Assembly (NCBI GenBank): GCA_021816845.1
Contig: JAKAWT010000001.1
Span: forward strand, 6,087 to 70,086
Source of the DNA: a bacterium
GTDB taxonomy: Bacteria > Patescibacteriota > Dojkabacteria > JAKAPS01 > JAJZLI01
Length of the DNA: 64,000 bases
Direction of reading: 5' to 3'
Of this stretch, positions 21,340 through 30,859 are shown one piece after another. Within the stretch, counting starts at the first letter, position 1, and the number at the start of each line of letters is the position of its first letter. The position numbers and the translations under genes were made by a program. The notes under the pieces are model-generated. The model was not told where the DNA came from, made no database searches, and saw nothing but the letters and a program-made list of their open reading frames with translations.

Positions 21340-21891
21340 ATGCTTAGAAGAGACTTAAACAACAAAATGATATTTGGTGTATGTTCTGGTTTATCAGAAT
21401 ATTTTAATATTGATGTTACTATAATAAGAATAGTTTTTATACTAGGGATATTCGTTGGAGGTATTTCTTTTGTACTTTATTTAATATTAGCTATAATTAT
21501 GTCAACGCCCGAAGGAAATACAGATAAACCTCATACTACAAAAAAATTAAATAAAAATGATATTAAGGTAGAATCCGGAATAATGGATAAAGCCAAAATA
21601 ACAAATCTAAATATGAATTATGATAAACGTAATGGTGCTTATTTTTTAATTTTACTTGGAATATTGATTTTATTATCTAACACTAATTTTTTGTATATAT
21701 TAACCTCAACACTATTTTGGGGTTTAGTTTTCATAATATTTGGGATACTTTCAATATTAAGTAAAGATAGATTATCATTTATTAAGATATTACTCATATT
21801 CATATTAATAATGATTTTAGCACTAGTATTGCAATGGTTATTCAAATACTTATCAGTAATACTCCCATATCCATTTAATGGATACTTATAA
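21340..21891 (+). CDS. PspC domain membrane protein
   Basis: LRRDLNNKMIFGVCSGLSEYFNIDVTIIR plus C-terminal TMs. Confidence 0.88.
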   Translation: MLRRDLNNKMIFGVCSGLSEYFNIDVTIIRIVFILGIFVGGISFVLYLILAIIMSTPEGNTDKPHTTKKLNKNDIKVESGIMDKAKITNLNMNYDKRNGAYFLILLGILILLSNTNFLYILTSTLFWGLVFIIFGILSILSKDRLSFIKILLIFILIMILALVLQWLFKYLSVILPYPFNGYL

Positions 21892-21894
21892 TTA

Positions 21895-22173
21895 ATGAAT
21901 ATTGCTAATTTAGAAATATTAATAAATCATATTGCTATTGATTACCCGGTTGCTATAATATTTGCAATAATTATATTTATCATTTTCAGAAGATTTGTTA
22001 TTAAAAATTTCTTAATAGATTTTCTAGTATCATTTATAATTTTTACAATAGTCCTGGTATTTATATATCCAATATTGGATTTTAGTATCTACATACAACC
22101 CGTAATATTTATAAATAACCATATTACACAATTCATAAATTATCTAGTAAATATTATACTACTACATAAATAA
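21895..22173 (+). CDS. Small hydrophobic membrane protein
   Basis: Two TM segments; starts 3 nt after the PspC gene. Confidence 0.6.
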   Translation: MNIANLEILINHIAIDYPVAIIFAIIIFIIFRRFVIKNFLIDFLVSFIIFTIVLVFIYPILDFSIYIQPVIFINNHITQFINYLVNIILLHK

Positions 22174-22187
22174 CTAGATTAATTTAA

Positions 22188-22718
22188 TTATGCCGGTTCT
22201 ACTAGACCAAAAGTGAAACCATCATCTCTTATATAAACCATAGCATACTTATCATTTTCTATATTTTTAAATATAAATGATTTATGGCCTAAAAGTGTCA
22301 TTCTTTCTATGGCCTCCTGAGGATGCATTGGTGTGTCATCTTCATATTTTTTTACTTTTATAACAGGTCTATATTCAACAAATGGCTTTTCATCTGTATT
22401 TTCAAAATCTTGCCATGGGGATTCACCTTCAAAATATTTTCTTGTCTTATCCTTATATCTTATTATATTTTCTTTCAGACTATCTATTGATTTTTCTAAG
22501 ATATCATAGAATTTAGAATCTTTTTTAGAAACTCTTATTGTTACGTGATCTAGTTTAACCTGTATATCTATTTTATATAATTTTCTTTTTTCTTCTGTTA
22601 TTTTAATGTCAATAGTTGAATTTGGAATTATGCTATTGAGCTTTGATATGTGATCTTCTATAAAGGATTTATCTCCATCTGTAAGTATATAGTTTATTAA
22701 TGTATATTTTATATCCAT
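22188..22718 (-). CDS. hpf: Ribosome hibernation promoting factor (long HPF)
   Basis: C-terminal PMHPQEAIERMTLLGHKSFIF...VYIRDDG; SD AGGAGG before ATG 22718. Confidence 0.85.
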   Translation of the reverse strand: MDIKYTLINYILTDGDKSFIEDHISKLNSIIPNSTIDIKITEEKRKLYKIDIQVKLDHVTIRVSKKDSKFYDILEKSIDSLKENIIRYKDKTRKYFEGESPWQDFENTDEKPFVEYRPVIKVKKYEDDTPMHPQEAIERMTLLGHKSFIFKNIENDKYAMVYIRDDGFTFGLVEPA

Positions 22719-22734
22719 ATTGATTCCTCCTGGA

Positions 22735-24099
22735 TCAAGATCCTTTGATAAAATTAAAGCCAAGATAATCTCTCAAAACACTAGGTACCTTTATACTACC
22801 ATCTTTTTGCTGATAATTTTCCATTATAGCTATTAATGTCCTACCTATAGCACTACCTGTATCGTTGAGAGTGTGAGCAAATTGCAACTTTCCATCACTA
22901 TCCTTGTATCGGATATTAAATACTCTAGACTGGAAATCTGAAGCATTTGTATCGGTACCAACTTCCATAAATTTTTGTTGAGAAGGTATCCATGCCTCAA
23001 TATCATATTGTTTTGATGCAGCATAATATCCAGAATCACCACTACATTTTAGAATTACATGATAAGGGATTTCTAAAGATTCCCAAAACCATTTATTTAT
23101 ATCTAATAATTTCTCAAATACCTTATTTGACTCTTCTATAGATGACACAGCGCCCATCTCTAATTTATCAAATTGATGCAACCTTTTTATACCCTTAACA
23201 TCTTTCCCCCAAGATCCAGCTTCAGATCTAAAACAGCTGGTTACAGCAAAAAAATATTGAGGAAGATCATTTTCATTTAATATCTTATCCATAAAATACC
23301 CAAAATTAGATGGTTCTGAAGAGCCAACAAGGTATAATCTATTATGCTCTTCTGTATAATCTTTTTCTATTGCATATATCTGATCCTGATCAGCTGGAAA
23401 ATGGCTTGTCCCATACAATGCTCTATCTTTTACCAATAGAGGAGGAACTAGAGGCATAAATTTTTCTTTAATAAGTTTTCTAGATAAAAAATCAATAATA
23501 GCCATCTGAAGCAATACTGCTTCATTCTTTAGATATACAAATCTAGATCCAGACACTAAAGCTCCCTGATTAGTATCTATCATGTCCAAATCCCTTCCTA
23601 ATTCTAAATGATCTTTTATTTTGAAATCATGACTATCAGCATGAACGATATGCTCTGGCATATATTTTTTTGAAGCATCAAACATTCCAAGTTTATTTTT
23701 CTGAAGTTCACCATATTTTGGAGTCCATGCATAGATTTCAACATTATCTTCTTCACCAGATCCTACAGGAACATCTTCAGACAACATATTAGGAATCCAA
23801 TTGATAAGAGAGTTAAATTGTAGATTAATTTCTTTAAATTGTATATCTAATTTATCCCTTTCTTCTTTTATTTTTTTACCTTTTTCCCTTAACTTTAAAT
23901 TATGAGAAGATTCTTCCTGGAAAGCTTCTTTTGCAATTTTGTTACGTTCTTCATTTAAATTATTAATTTTTTGAATTATTGAAATTCTTTTAGAATCTAT
24001 TTCAAGGAGTTTATCAAGGTTGGATGGGTCAACCTTTCTAGAAATCATATTTTTCCTTACAGAATCTCTATTTTCTCTTATATATTCTATAGATAGCAT
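22735..24099 (-). CDS. serS: Serine--tRNA ligase
   Basis: VSGSRF, CFRSEAGSWGKD, RLHQFDK, ENYQQKDG. Confidence 0.96.
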   Translation of the reverse strand: MLSIEYIRENRDSVRKNMISRKVDPSNLDKLLEIDSKRISIIQKINNLNEERNKIAKEAFQEESSHNLKLREKGKKIKEERDKLDIQFKEINLQFNSLINWIPNMLSEDVPVGSGEEDNVEIYAWTPKYGELQKNKLGMFDASKKYMPEHIVHADSHDFKIKDHLELGRDLDMIDTNQGALVSGSRFVYLKNEAVLLQMAIIDFLSRKLIKEKFMPLVPPLLVKDRALYGTSHFPADQDQIYAIEKDYTEEHNRLYLVGSSEPSNFGYFMDKILNENDLPQYFFAVTSCFRSEAGSWGKDVKGIKRLHQFDKLEMGAVSSIEESNKVFEKLLDINKWFWESLEIPYHVILKCSGDSGYYAASKQYDIEAWIPSQQKFMEVGTDTNASDFQSRVFNIRYKDSDGKLQFAHTLNDTGSAIGRTLIAIMENYQQKDGSIKVPSVLRDYLGFNFIKGS

Positions 24100-24188
24100 T
24101 ATAATTTTATATTATCACATAAAAGGGTCAATTTACTATACTTATAATACTATTTACATGGAAAAATAAATACTGTATCATATCTTTA

Positions 24189-24578
24189 ATGAATAAAAAA
24201 ATAGGTTATACTAAATCAACAGATAAACCAGTAGACTATATAAAAAGGGTACTCCAGGAAGAATTCAGGAAGGAAGGGTTTGTTCCTATATTTGATTTAG
24301 ATATGAAAAATACAGCCAATGAGAAGTTATCTGAGAATTTTACTCAATACTACATATTAGGCTATTACAATATTTCATATGCTATTAGTGCTATAGAAAG
24401 GAATCCTAACGCAGGATTACTCATTCCTACAGTTCTGGTTTTATATGAGATTAATGGTATAAGGTACTTATCGGGAACTGAACCAACAAATATAGATAGT
24501 TTATCTGATGAAATGGAAAGCTTTATAACACAGATTGATAGCATTATAAAATCAGTTATTGACAATGCTATTGATTAG
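24189..24578 (+). CDS. DUF302-like protein
   Basis: GFVPIFDLDM...YYILG...AGLLIPTVLVLYE pattern; the family's usual Cys residues appear replaced. Confidence 0.7.
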   Translation: MNKKIGYTKSTDKPVDYIKRVLQEEFRKEGFVPIFDLDMKNTANEKLSENFTQYYILGYYNISYAISAIERNPNAGLLIPTVLVLYEINGIRYLSGTEPTNIDSLSDEMESFITQIDSIIKSVIDNAID

Positions 24579-24579
24579 A

Positions 24580-25704
24580 TTAGTCCCATCTGAAGTATTT
24601 AAGATTGATAGCAAAGAATATTAGAAACCAGACAAATAGTCCTACTAAATCTCCTTTGATACTAAATAGTGAATAACCATTCAGATATACTCCACGTAAA
24701 GCATTAACAAAAAATGTCAGAGGTAAGTAAGCAGCTATTTGTGCTAGCCAGGAAGGTAAGCTTGTAGTAGCAAAAAATACCCCTGAGAGGAAAAACATAG
24801 GTAGGGTTATAATATTTGCTATTGGCATTGCAGTATTAACTGAATTTGATAGAGAAGATAATAGTAATGCTAGAGTTATAAACATAAGGCTACCTAGTAT
24901 AATGACAATTCCAAGATTTATATAACTGCCTTTTGGTACAATATTATAAACACCTGCAACAACTGCAAATAGGACTATAGCTTGGAATATTGCGACTACA
25001 AGCCTTGATAATGTTAAACTAGCTAGAAAATTAGACTTTGTTAAAGGTGTTAGAAATAATCTTCGTAGAATCTGTAGCTCCCTATAATTAATAATTATAG
25101 TAATAACACCAAAAATAATACCATTCATTATACCCAAAGCCACGATACCGGGAGTTAAAAACGTTATATAACTATAACCTCCTTTTGAGATCACATTTTT
25201 CTGAGAGAAAGTAAATATTTGATTTTTCAAACCTTCTTGTTGTAGTGCACTATATTTAATTTGATCTATCAAAAGCAATACATATGAATAATTTTGATCA
25301 TTTTTATTTGTATAAAAAACAACATTATACCGAGGTGTAACTATAGGTAATAATCTAGTATTGTAAGGTTCTACTGGGGGTTTATTTTGAAACTTCACAG
25401 CTTGAAGATCAATCACAAGATCTACATTTCCTTTATTAAGATTTGAAGTTGCTTTGGCAAGATTATTTAAATTTGTGGTTTTTATAGATCCTGCTTTTTT
25501 AAATATTTTATCATACAAAGCTGCAATTGTAGCTGTTTTATTATTAGATATAATATCAATTTTTAGAGTAGGTGCTTTTTGGGAGTTGAAAAGACCAAAA
25601 ACAAGAATAAAAACCAAGGGAAAAAATAATGTAAAAAATAGATTGGTCCTATTTCTAAAGGTCATTTTTAAAAATGCAATTGTGAGATAATAGGTTCTTT
25701 TCAT
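24580..25704 (-). CDS. ABC-2 type exporter permease
   Basis: FFTLFFP, PMFFLSGVFF, LPLTF. Confidence 0.9.
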   Translation of the reverse strand: MKRTYYLTIAFLKMTFRNRTNLFFTLFFPLVFILVFGLFNSQKAPTLKIDIISNNKTATIAALYDKIFKKAGSIKTTNLNNLAKATSNLNKGNVDLVIDLQAVKFQNKPPVEPYNTRLLPIVTPRYNVVFYTNKNDQNYSYVLLLIDQIKYSALQQEGLKNQIFTFSQKNVISKGGYSYITFLTPGIVALGIMNGIIFGVITIIINYRELQILRRLFLTPLTKSNFLASLTLSRLVVAIFQAIVLFAVVAGVYNIVPKGSYINLGIVIILGSLMFITLALLLSSLSNSVNTAMPIANIITLPMFFLSGVFFATTSLPSWLAQIAAYLPLTFFVNALRGVYLNGYSLFSIKGDLVGLFVWFLIFFAINLKYFRWD

Positions 25705-25707
25705 AAT

Positions 25708-26469
25708 TTAATCTCTTAATTTATTACCGGTAAGATCTATAAATACATCTTCTAAGTTAGCTCTTGTATCTTGAACTTTTTTTTCAAACCCTCTATCAAG
25801 GAGACTCTTAATAAGATTGCTTGGTGTATCATTAACAATGATTTTACCGTTATCCATAATGGCGACTCTATCTGATAGATATTGTGCCTCATCCATAAAA
25901 TGAGTAGTTAATAATATTGTCTTACCTGCAACCTTCAAAGATTTAACAATATCCCATAAGTGCCTTCGTGCTTGAGGATCTAATCCATTAGTAGGTTCAT
26001 CCAAAAATAGAATTTTAGGGTTATTTATGAGTGCCAAAGCTATAACAAATCTCTGTTTTTGTCCTCCAGAAATATCTTTATATAATACTTTTGCTTTCTC
26101 ACTTAAAGATACTTTTTCTAAGAATTCTCCAGTGTTTACATCTATACCAAAAAGGTGTCCAAATAATTTTAATATATCTGTTATCGATAAATCATCAAAA
26201 AAATTATTTGCCTGAAGAGTCACACCTATTATTTTCTTTATATCACTGCTATGTTTTGCTATATCCATTCCATCAATGACGACACTACCTTTATCCATAC
26301 TAAGAAGACCTTCTATCATCTCTACTGTAGTCGTTTTACCAGCACCATTAGGACCAAGAAGGCTAAATATTTCACCATCATTTACACTAAACGATACTCC
26401 TCTTACAGCTTTTATTTTTCCGTCCTTAAAAGTTTTCTCTAAATTATCTACTTTTATAATGGGATTCAT
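25708..26469 (-). CDS. ABC transporter ATP-binding protein
   Basis: GPNGAGKT, ISGGQKQ, LDEPT, TTH. Confidence 0.95.
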   Translation of the reverse strand: MNPIIKVDNLEKTFKDGKIKAVRGVSFSVNDGEIFSLLGPNGAGKTTTVEMIEGLLSMDKGSVVIDGMDIAKHSSDIKKIIGVTLQANNFFDDLSITDILKLFGHLFGIDVNTGEFLEKVSLSEKAKVLYKDISGGQKQRFVIALALINNPKILFLDEPTNGLDPQARRHLWDIVKSLKVAGKTILLTTHFMDEAQYLSDRVAIMDNGKIIVNDTPSNLIKSLLDRGFEKKVQDTRANLEDVFIDLTGNKLRD

Positions 26470-26543
26470 CTCAAATTATGATAACAAAAACATATTTACT
26501 ATTCAACGGTTATGTTATAATCAATTTTAAGGATTAGTATCCA

Positions 26544-27152
26544 ATGGAAAGCAATGCTCAAATAAGAAACCTACTCATAGCAACATTTATACTCATAATA
26601 GTTATTATAATACTTACGTTGTCTCCCCCTAAAAATAAGGGCGAATTGGTTGGAAAGATCACGAGGTCAGGATTAAGTGCAAATAATAGTCAAGGTAATT
26701 CAGATGGAGTACATAAATATAAGGAATACAATGGAGTATTAAATCTGAAAACTAAATTTTCTTTTCAATATCCGTCTACATGGAAAATAGTGTCCTTAGA
26801 AAAACCTTTTTATAAAAATACAACATATTCAATATCATTAGAAGATCAAAATATATTAACTAGGCTGACAGTGTATCCAAGTTGCGTTGCTATACCAACC
26901 GTAACTTCCTTAAAACCATATTACGTGGTAAATTCAAAAAAAATAAAAACTGGAGGAATAGAGTATCTTCTATATGAAAATGATACAATTGTAGCAATAT
27001 TTTATTATAACAATAATATTAGTATACTATTAAATTACCATAAAATAGTGACTAATTATTTTGGGTCTTCTATAGATAAAAATACTGAGAGTGAGTTTAA
27101 TATATTAGTGTATTCTGTAAAAATAATAGGTGGAGAATACAAGTGCAGCTAG
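26544..27152 (+). CDS. Membrane-anchored exported protein (PsbP-like)
   Basis: N-terminal TM; FSFQYPSTW and FNILVYSVK motifs. Confidence 0.6.
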   Translation: MESNAQIRNLLIATFILIIVIIILTLSPPKNKGELVGKITRSGLSANNSQGNSDGVHKYKEYNGVLNLKTKFSFQYPSTWKIVSLEKPFYKNTTYSISLEDQNILTRLTVYPSCVAIPTVTSLKPYYVVNSKKIKTGGIEYLLYENDTIVAIFYYNNNISILLNYHKIVTNYFGSSIDKNTESEFNILVYSVKIIGGEYKCS

Positions 27153-27156
27153 ATGA

Positions 27157-27621
27157 TTATATATGGGATATAATATAATATATTAAAATTCCATATGCAG
27201 TAGCTACATTTAGCGAATTTTTTTTACCATACATTGGAATCTCAATAATTTTATCTGAAGCATCTAGTATATTATCCTCAACTCCAGATATTTCATTACC
27301 CATTACAAGACACATTCTTTGTGGGTATGTAATAGAGTTATATAATACACTTTTTTTTGTTTGTTCAGCAGAGAATATTGGAATTTTCTCATCTTTAAAT
27401 TTTTTAATAAATATATTAACATCCTTCTCATATTCCCAATCCACAAAATCTAGAGACCCTAATGCTGTTTTTTCTAGTTTTAAATTAGCTGGGGTTGGAG
27501 AATAACCAGACAAATATATTTTAGATATCCCTGCAGCATCTGATGTTCTAAAAATAGATCCTACATTAAATGCACTCCTTATATTATTAATCAATACATA
27601 GATTTCTGGTTTTAAGTTCAT
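27157..27621 (-). CDS. TrmH/SpoU family RNA methyltransferase
   Basis: NIRSAFNVGSIFRT, GNEISGV, IPMYGKKNSLNVA. Confidence 0.92.
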   Translation of the reverse strand: MNLKPEIYVLINNIRSAFNVGSIFRTSDAAGISKIYLSGYSPTPANLKLEKTALGSLDFVDWEYEKDVNIFIKKFKDEKIPIFSAEQTKKSVLYNSITYPQRMCLVMGNEISGVEDNILDASDKIIEIPMYGKKNSLNVATAYGILIYYIISHI

Positions 27622-27643
27622 AAGAATATATTAACAAATGACG

Positions 27644-27693
27644 AGAGGAAGATACATATTACACAGATTGTGTAAAAATGTAGAGCTTCCTCT
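27644..27693 (-). terminator. Long imperfect hairpin 3' of ORF 27730..28101
   Basis: agaggaag..tacat.ttacaca-gat-tgtgtaa..atgta..cttcctct. Confidence 0.6.
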
Positions 27694-27729
27694 AATCACA
27701 CGCCCATAAATGGGAGAAGTTACTATTAA

Positions 27730-28101
27730 CTAGCCATCCTGGCGAATACCTCCATTACGTTGGTCAAACTTATGTATTTGTGTTTCCACAAATGCCATTA
27801 GGACTACTACTAACGCAAAAAGTATTTCTCTTGGAGTAAACAAAAACCAAACTTGCAGGAAGATTCCAAATGAGAATGGTAATGCATACTGAATGAGAAA
27901 CCTTTTGTTTCCACCTTTCATAAATACCGTAAAAACAAGGATTAGAATCATAAAAACCAAAGAGTCATTTACTCCCAAAACAAATGCTTTAGCAATATGT
28001 TCTGTTATATAAAAGACAATCCCAGGGATCAGTGTTCCAAAAAGTGCTATAGATAGTACAATAAGAATAGAACGAATATTGCCAAGACGACGCGAGCTCA
28101 T
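27730..28101 (-). CDS. 4-TM hypothetical membrane protein (SD-led)
   Basis: Four hydrophobic helices; SD AAGGGG upstream. Confidence 0.75.
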   Translation of the reverse strand: MSSRRLGNIRSILIVLSIALFGTLIPGIVFYITEHIAKAFVLGVNDSLVFMILILVFTVFMKGGNKRFLIQYALPFSFGIFLQVWFLFTPREILFALVVVLMAFVETQIHKFDQRNGGIRQDG

Positions 28102-28178
28102 AAAAACCCCTTTCTTATGACAACCTAAGACCTAGAGAATATCCAGGTGTTCGGCATGTCTTGTAAACGTGCTTTTGG

Positions 28179-28207
28179 ATTTTATCATAAAAAATACTAT
28201 AAGGCAA
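28179..28207 (-). promoter_or_regulatory. Sigma70-type promoter for ORF 27730..28101
   Basis: TTGCCT-N17-TAAAAT with TG extension on the minus strand. Confidence 0.55.
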
Positions 28208-28234
28208 TTTATGTAAATCACTTTTAGGCTATAA

Positions 28235-28287
28235 TTCTCTTTCGTCATTTTTGACTCATCAGATCAAGTACACACTTGATGAGAGAA
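28235..28287 (-). ncRNA. Type III hammerhead ribozyme
   Basis: Minus strand: UUCUC-U-C / AUCAAGU-gugu-ACUUGAU / CUGAUGA / GUCA-aaaa-UGAC / GAAA / GAGAA. All core nucleotides are present and the three stems pair perfectly. Confidence 0.92.
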
Positions 28288-28337
28288 GGACAAACCTTAA
28301 GTTTTTAATTTTTTAGATTAAAAATTAAGGTCTGTCC
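28288..28337 (-). other. Long imperfect hairpin between the GH113 stop codon and the hammerhead
   Basis: ggaca.accttaa.tttttaat-loop-attaaaaa ttaaggt.tgtcc; no U-tract on the minus strand. Confidence 0.75.
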
Positions 28338-28353
28338 AATCCCGGCTTAGTTC

Positions 28354-29475
28354 TCAGAAATTTCTCTGTATGATAGTTTCTCCTTTCTTTCCTAGAGGAT
28401 TAAATCCAGTATCAGTATTTGGATTGTATCCAGGTAGCAGCTGGTTGAATGGGATATCCCAAATATATATGCCTTTAACAAAAGACAGACTTCTGAGTGA
28501 AGTAAATGCAGCATCATAATAGTCTGCTTGAGCAGAAGAACTATATATACCAGTGCTACTTGATACCCATGGTTTGCTATAAGATCCCTCCTGTGAAGCT
28601 GCTCCAATTTCTGTTACCACTATAGGCATATTATACTGTTTGTATGCCTGCTCAAGTGCTGACAAATAGGGGCTCCAAGAAGATATCATATCTGTAAGGC
28701 TCGGACCTTGTACTGGCACAAATAGATCTGTACTTATGAAATTGAGTTTATTCCAAAATTGTACATTACTAGATACCAATTGTGGCCACCAATTACTAGA
28801 ATAGGTTATCTCCCCACTAAAAACACTTCTAACCTTTTGTATAAGAGTATCCCAATACCCTGTATACTGCTCCATGGAATTTAGTTCAGCACCTACTGTA
28901 AGTATGCTCCCTTGAGCACTTTGTAGTAACATCGCATAACGAACAATCATATTTGTGTATGATTGAAACCAACTTGAGATATCCTGAGGTTTTATTATAC
29001 CTCTCCAGCCATCACCTCCTCCCTTGAGATTCTTTTGATCCAATATTGGCCTTAGATTAGTACTCAGACCAAAACTGTGTGCTGTTTCCAGTATATCCAT
29101 GAGCTCCAGACTAGTAGGAGTGGATTCACCTGTATACACGCTTGATGCATACAAGTTATCCATGTAGAAAGGGAAATTGATAGATATACTGTTTACTCCA
29201 ATGCTCTTAAGATGAGTAAACAGACTACTAGAAAGTCCTTTTATATCAGGATAGTTCCCGTATAGAAGAATATCAATGCCCTTTTGATAGGATACCTGTA
29301 TTGGTAGTTCTGGTGTCTTGGGACTTGTTACTGGTTTTGGTGTTGTAGTTTTACCTTTTCCCTGGCTTGTTATTTTAATTGTATTTGTAGTTGTTGCACA
29401 TCCTGAAAGAATTGATGCAAAAAGGACAAATACTAACAACCCTCCTATCTTAGATCCTTTTTTGTATGACATCAA
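28354..29475 (-). CDS. Glycoside hydrolase family 113-like (beta-mannanase-type TIM barrel) lipoprotein
   Basis: Lipobox LSGC, T/P-rich linker, LRPIL, WRGII, GAEL, YSSNW, VTEIG, QADYY. Confidence 0.8.
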   Translation of the reverse strand: MMSYKKGSKIGGLLVFVLFASILSGCATTTNTIKITSQGKGKTTTPKPVTSPKTPELPIQVSYQKGIDILLYGNYPDIKGLSSSLFTHLKSIGVNSISINFPFYMDNLYASSVYTGESTPTSLELMDILETAHSFGLSTNLRPILDQKNLKGGGDGWRGIIKPQDISSWFQSYTNMIVRYAMLLQSAQGSILTVGAELNSMEQYTGYWDTLIQKVRSVFSGEITYSSNWWPQLVSSNVQFWNKLNFISTDLFVPVQGPSLTDMISSWSPYLSALEQAYKQYNMPIVVTEIGAASQEGSYSKPWVSSSTGIYSSSAQADYYDAAFTSLRSLSFVKGIYIWDIPFNQLLPGYNPNTDTGFNPLGKKGETIIQRNF

Positions 29476-30859
29476 ACCCTTCCTTACGCAGTAGGAACTC
29501 TATAAGACCTAGAAGAGACGTTATTGATTCCACTACTGGAATCAGGAATACTCCTGGTATAGCTACTGCCATATGAAGATACTTCTTTAAAGTACCTCCT
29601 TTCTCTGATACACCTAGATTGATTTTAACACCTTCCATATAGCTCCATATTTGAAAAGCCATATTGAAACTCCAAAGTAAAACAATGCCTTTGAAGACAG
29701 GTGCAGTATCTTGACCAATCAGTAACCCTATAAGGATTACAACCCAAACGTTCTGTGCAAAACCAACGAGCCATATAAAGACTGCATAGGATAAAACCTT
29801 TTTGTCTCTAAGATGGATGGATTTATCTGAAATGAGATGTATCAGTCCAGAAGACCACCTCCGACGTTGCTTTATTAGGTCTTTCACACTTGATGGAGAT
29901 GATCCATAAGTTGCACTATTTAAGAATCCAGATTTACCAGGATATTTCTTTGCAAAGAAAAGTGCAAAATAAGCATCCTCTACTTTAACTTTTTTTCCGA
30001 AATCCCAACCTATTGTTTCTTCTATATCACTTCTTAGGAGTAGATGTTCCCCGTGTAATCCCATCCTGGGAGTTCCACCACCTGTGAAAAAATAGAATTT
30101 TGATAGATCATCAATCGGTCTAATTGAATCAGCGAATCTACTTATTGCACTATTTGAACGCTCATACGGAAAGGTCAGTACTCCTTGTGCTAGATAAAAT
30201 TCATTGCCTTTTTTGGAAATGAATTCTGCTATTGATGATATTGTGTCAGACCTTACAGAAGTATCATCATCAAGATGATACACCCAAGTGTTTGCACAGT
30301 TTTCTCCATCAATAGCTCTAACCATCATTGCATATTGATTAGCTCTCGCTTTGTACTTAGTACCATTAGGAGTAGAGTAATCATGAGGAACTACAAGAAT
30401 CCTTACCAAATTACTAGATCCATAGATCTTCTGTAGTATTGAGATACCTTCCGAGCCTTCGTCAACGACAACGTCTATTCTGAAATTTACCATATTGAAT
30501 GGAGCAAATTCCAGAACTGAATCTATCACCCTTTTTAAAGCTGGAATTACATTTGATCTTGCGACAGACGGGACTATAAATATTACTTGATTATTTATAG
30601 TTTCACAGAACCTAGATGGAACTACTTTATACCTCTTTAGGGCTACTATTCCTAAGAATGATATAACCGCTAGTGGAACATTCAAACTCCAAATTAAGGT
30701 TACATACCAATTAAGGGCCTGATATCTAGAACCACCAGTGATATACCAAGAGATTGCACCAAGTATTGTAAAAACTAATAGAAACCTCCAAATATTGACA
30801 TTGAATATACTACGCTTCCTACGACCAGATTCCCCAATATATATTGGAACTGTAGACAA
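29450..30859 (-). CDS. Processive GT2 glycosyltransferase, egghead/BRE-3 beta-1,4-mannosyltransferase-like
   Basis: KYKARAN, HLDDD, LHGE, VED, QRRRW; N- and C-terminal TMs; SD AAGGAGG before TTG. Confidence 0.82.
   Translation of the reverse strand: MSTVPIYIGESGRRKRSIFNVNIWRFLLVFTILGAISWYITGGSRYQALNWYVTLIWSLNVPLAVISFLGIVALKRYKVVPSRFCETINNQVIFIVPSVARSNVIPALKRVIDSVLEFAPFNMVNFRIDVVVDEGSEGISILQKIYGSSNLVRILVVPHDYSTPNGTKYKARANQYAMMVRAIDGENCANTWVYHLDDDTSVRSDTISSIAEFISKKGNEFYLAQGVLTFPYERSNSAISRFADSIRPIDDLSKFYFFTGGGTPRMGLHGEHLLLRSDIEETIGWDFGKKVKVEDAYFALFFAKKYPGKSGFLNSATYGSSPSSVKDLIKQRRRWSSGLIHLISDKSIHLRDKKVLSYAVFIWLVGFAQNVWVVILIGLLIGQDTAPVFKGIVLLWSFNMAFQIWSYMEGVKINLGVSEKGGTLKKYLHMAVAIPGVFLIPVVESITSLLGLIEFLLRKEGFDVIQKRI

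Noticed and set aside
27644-28337. Integron attC sites for the long hairpins
   Set aside because: No RYYYAAC/GTTRRRY boxes at the hairpin ends and no integron integrase in the window.
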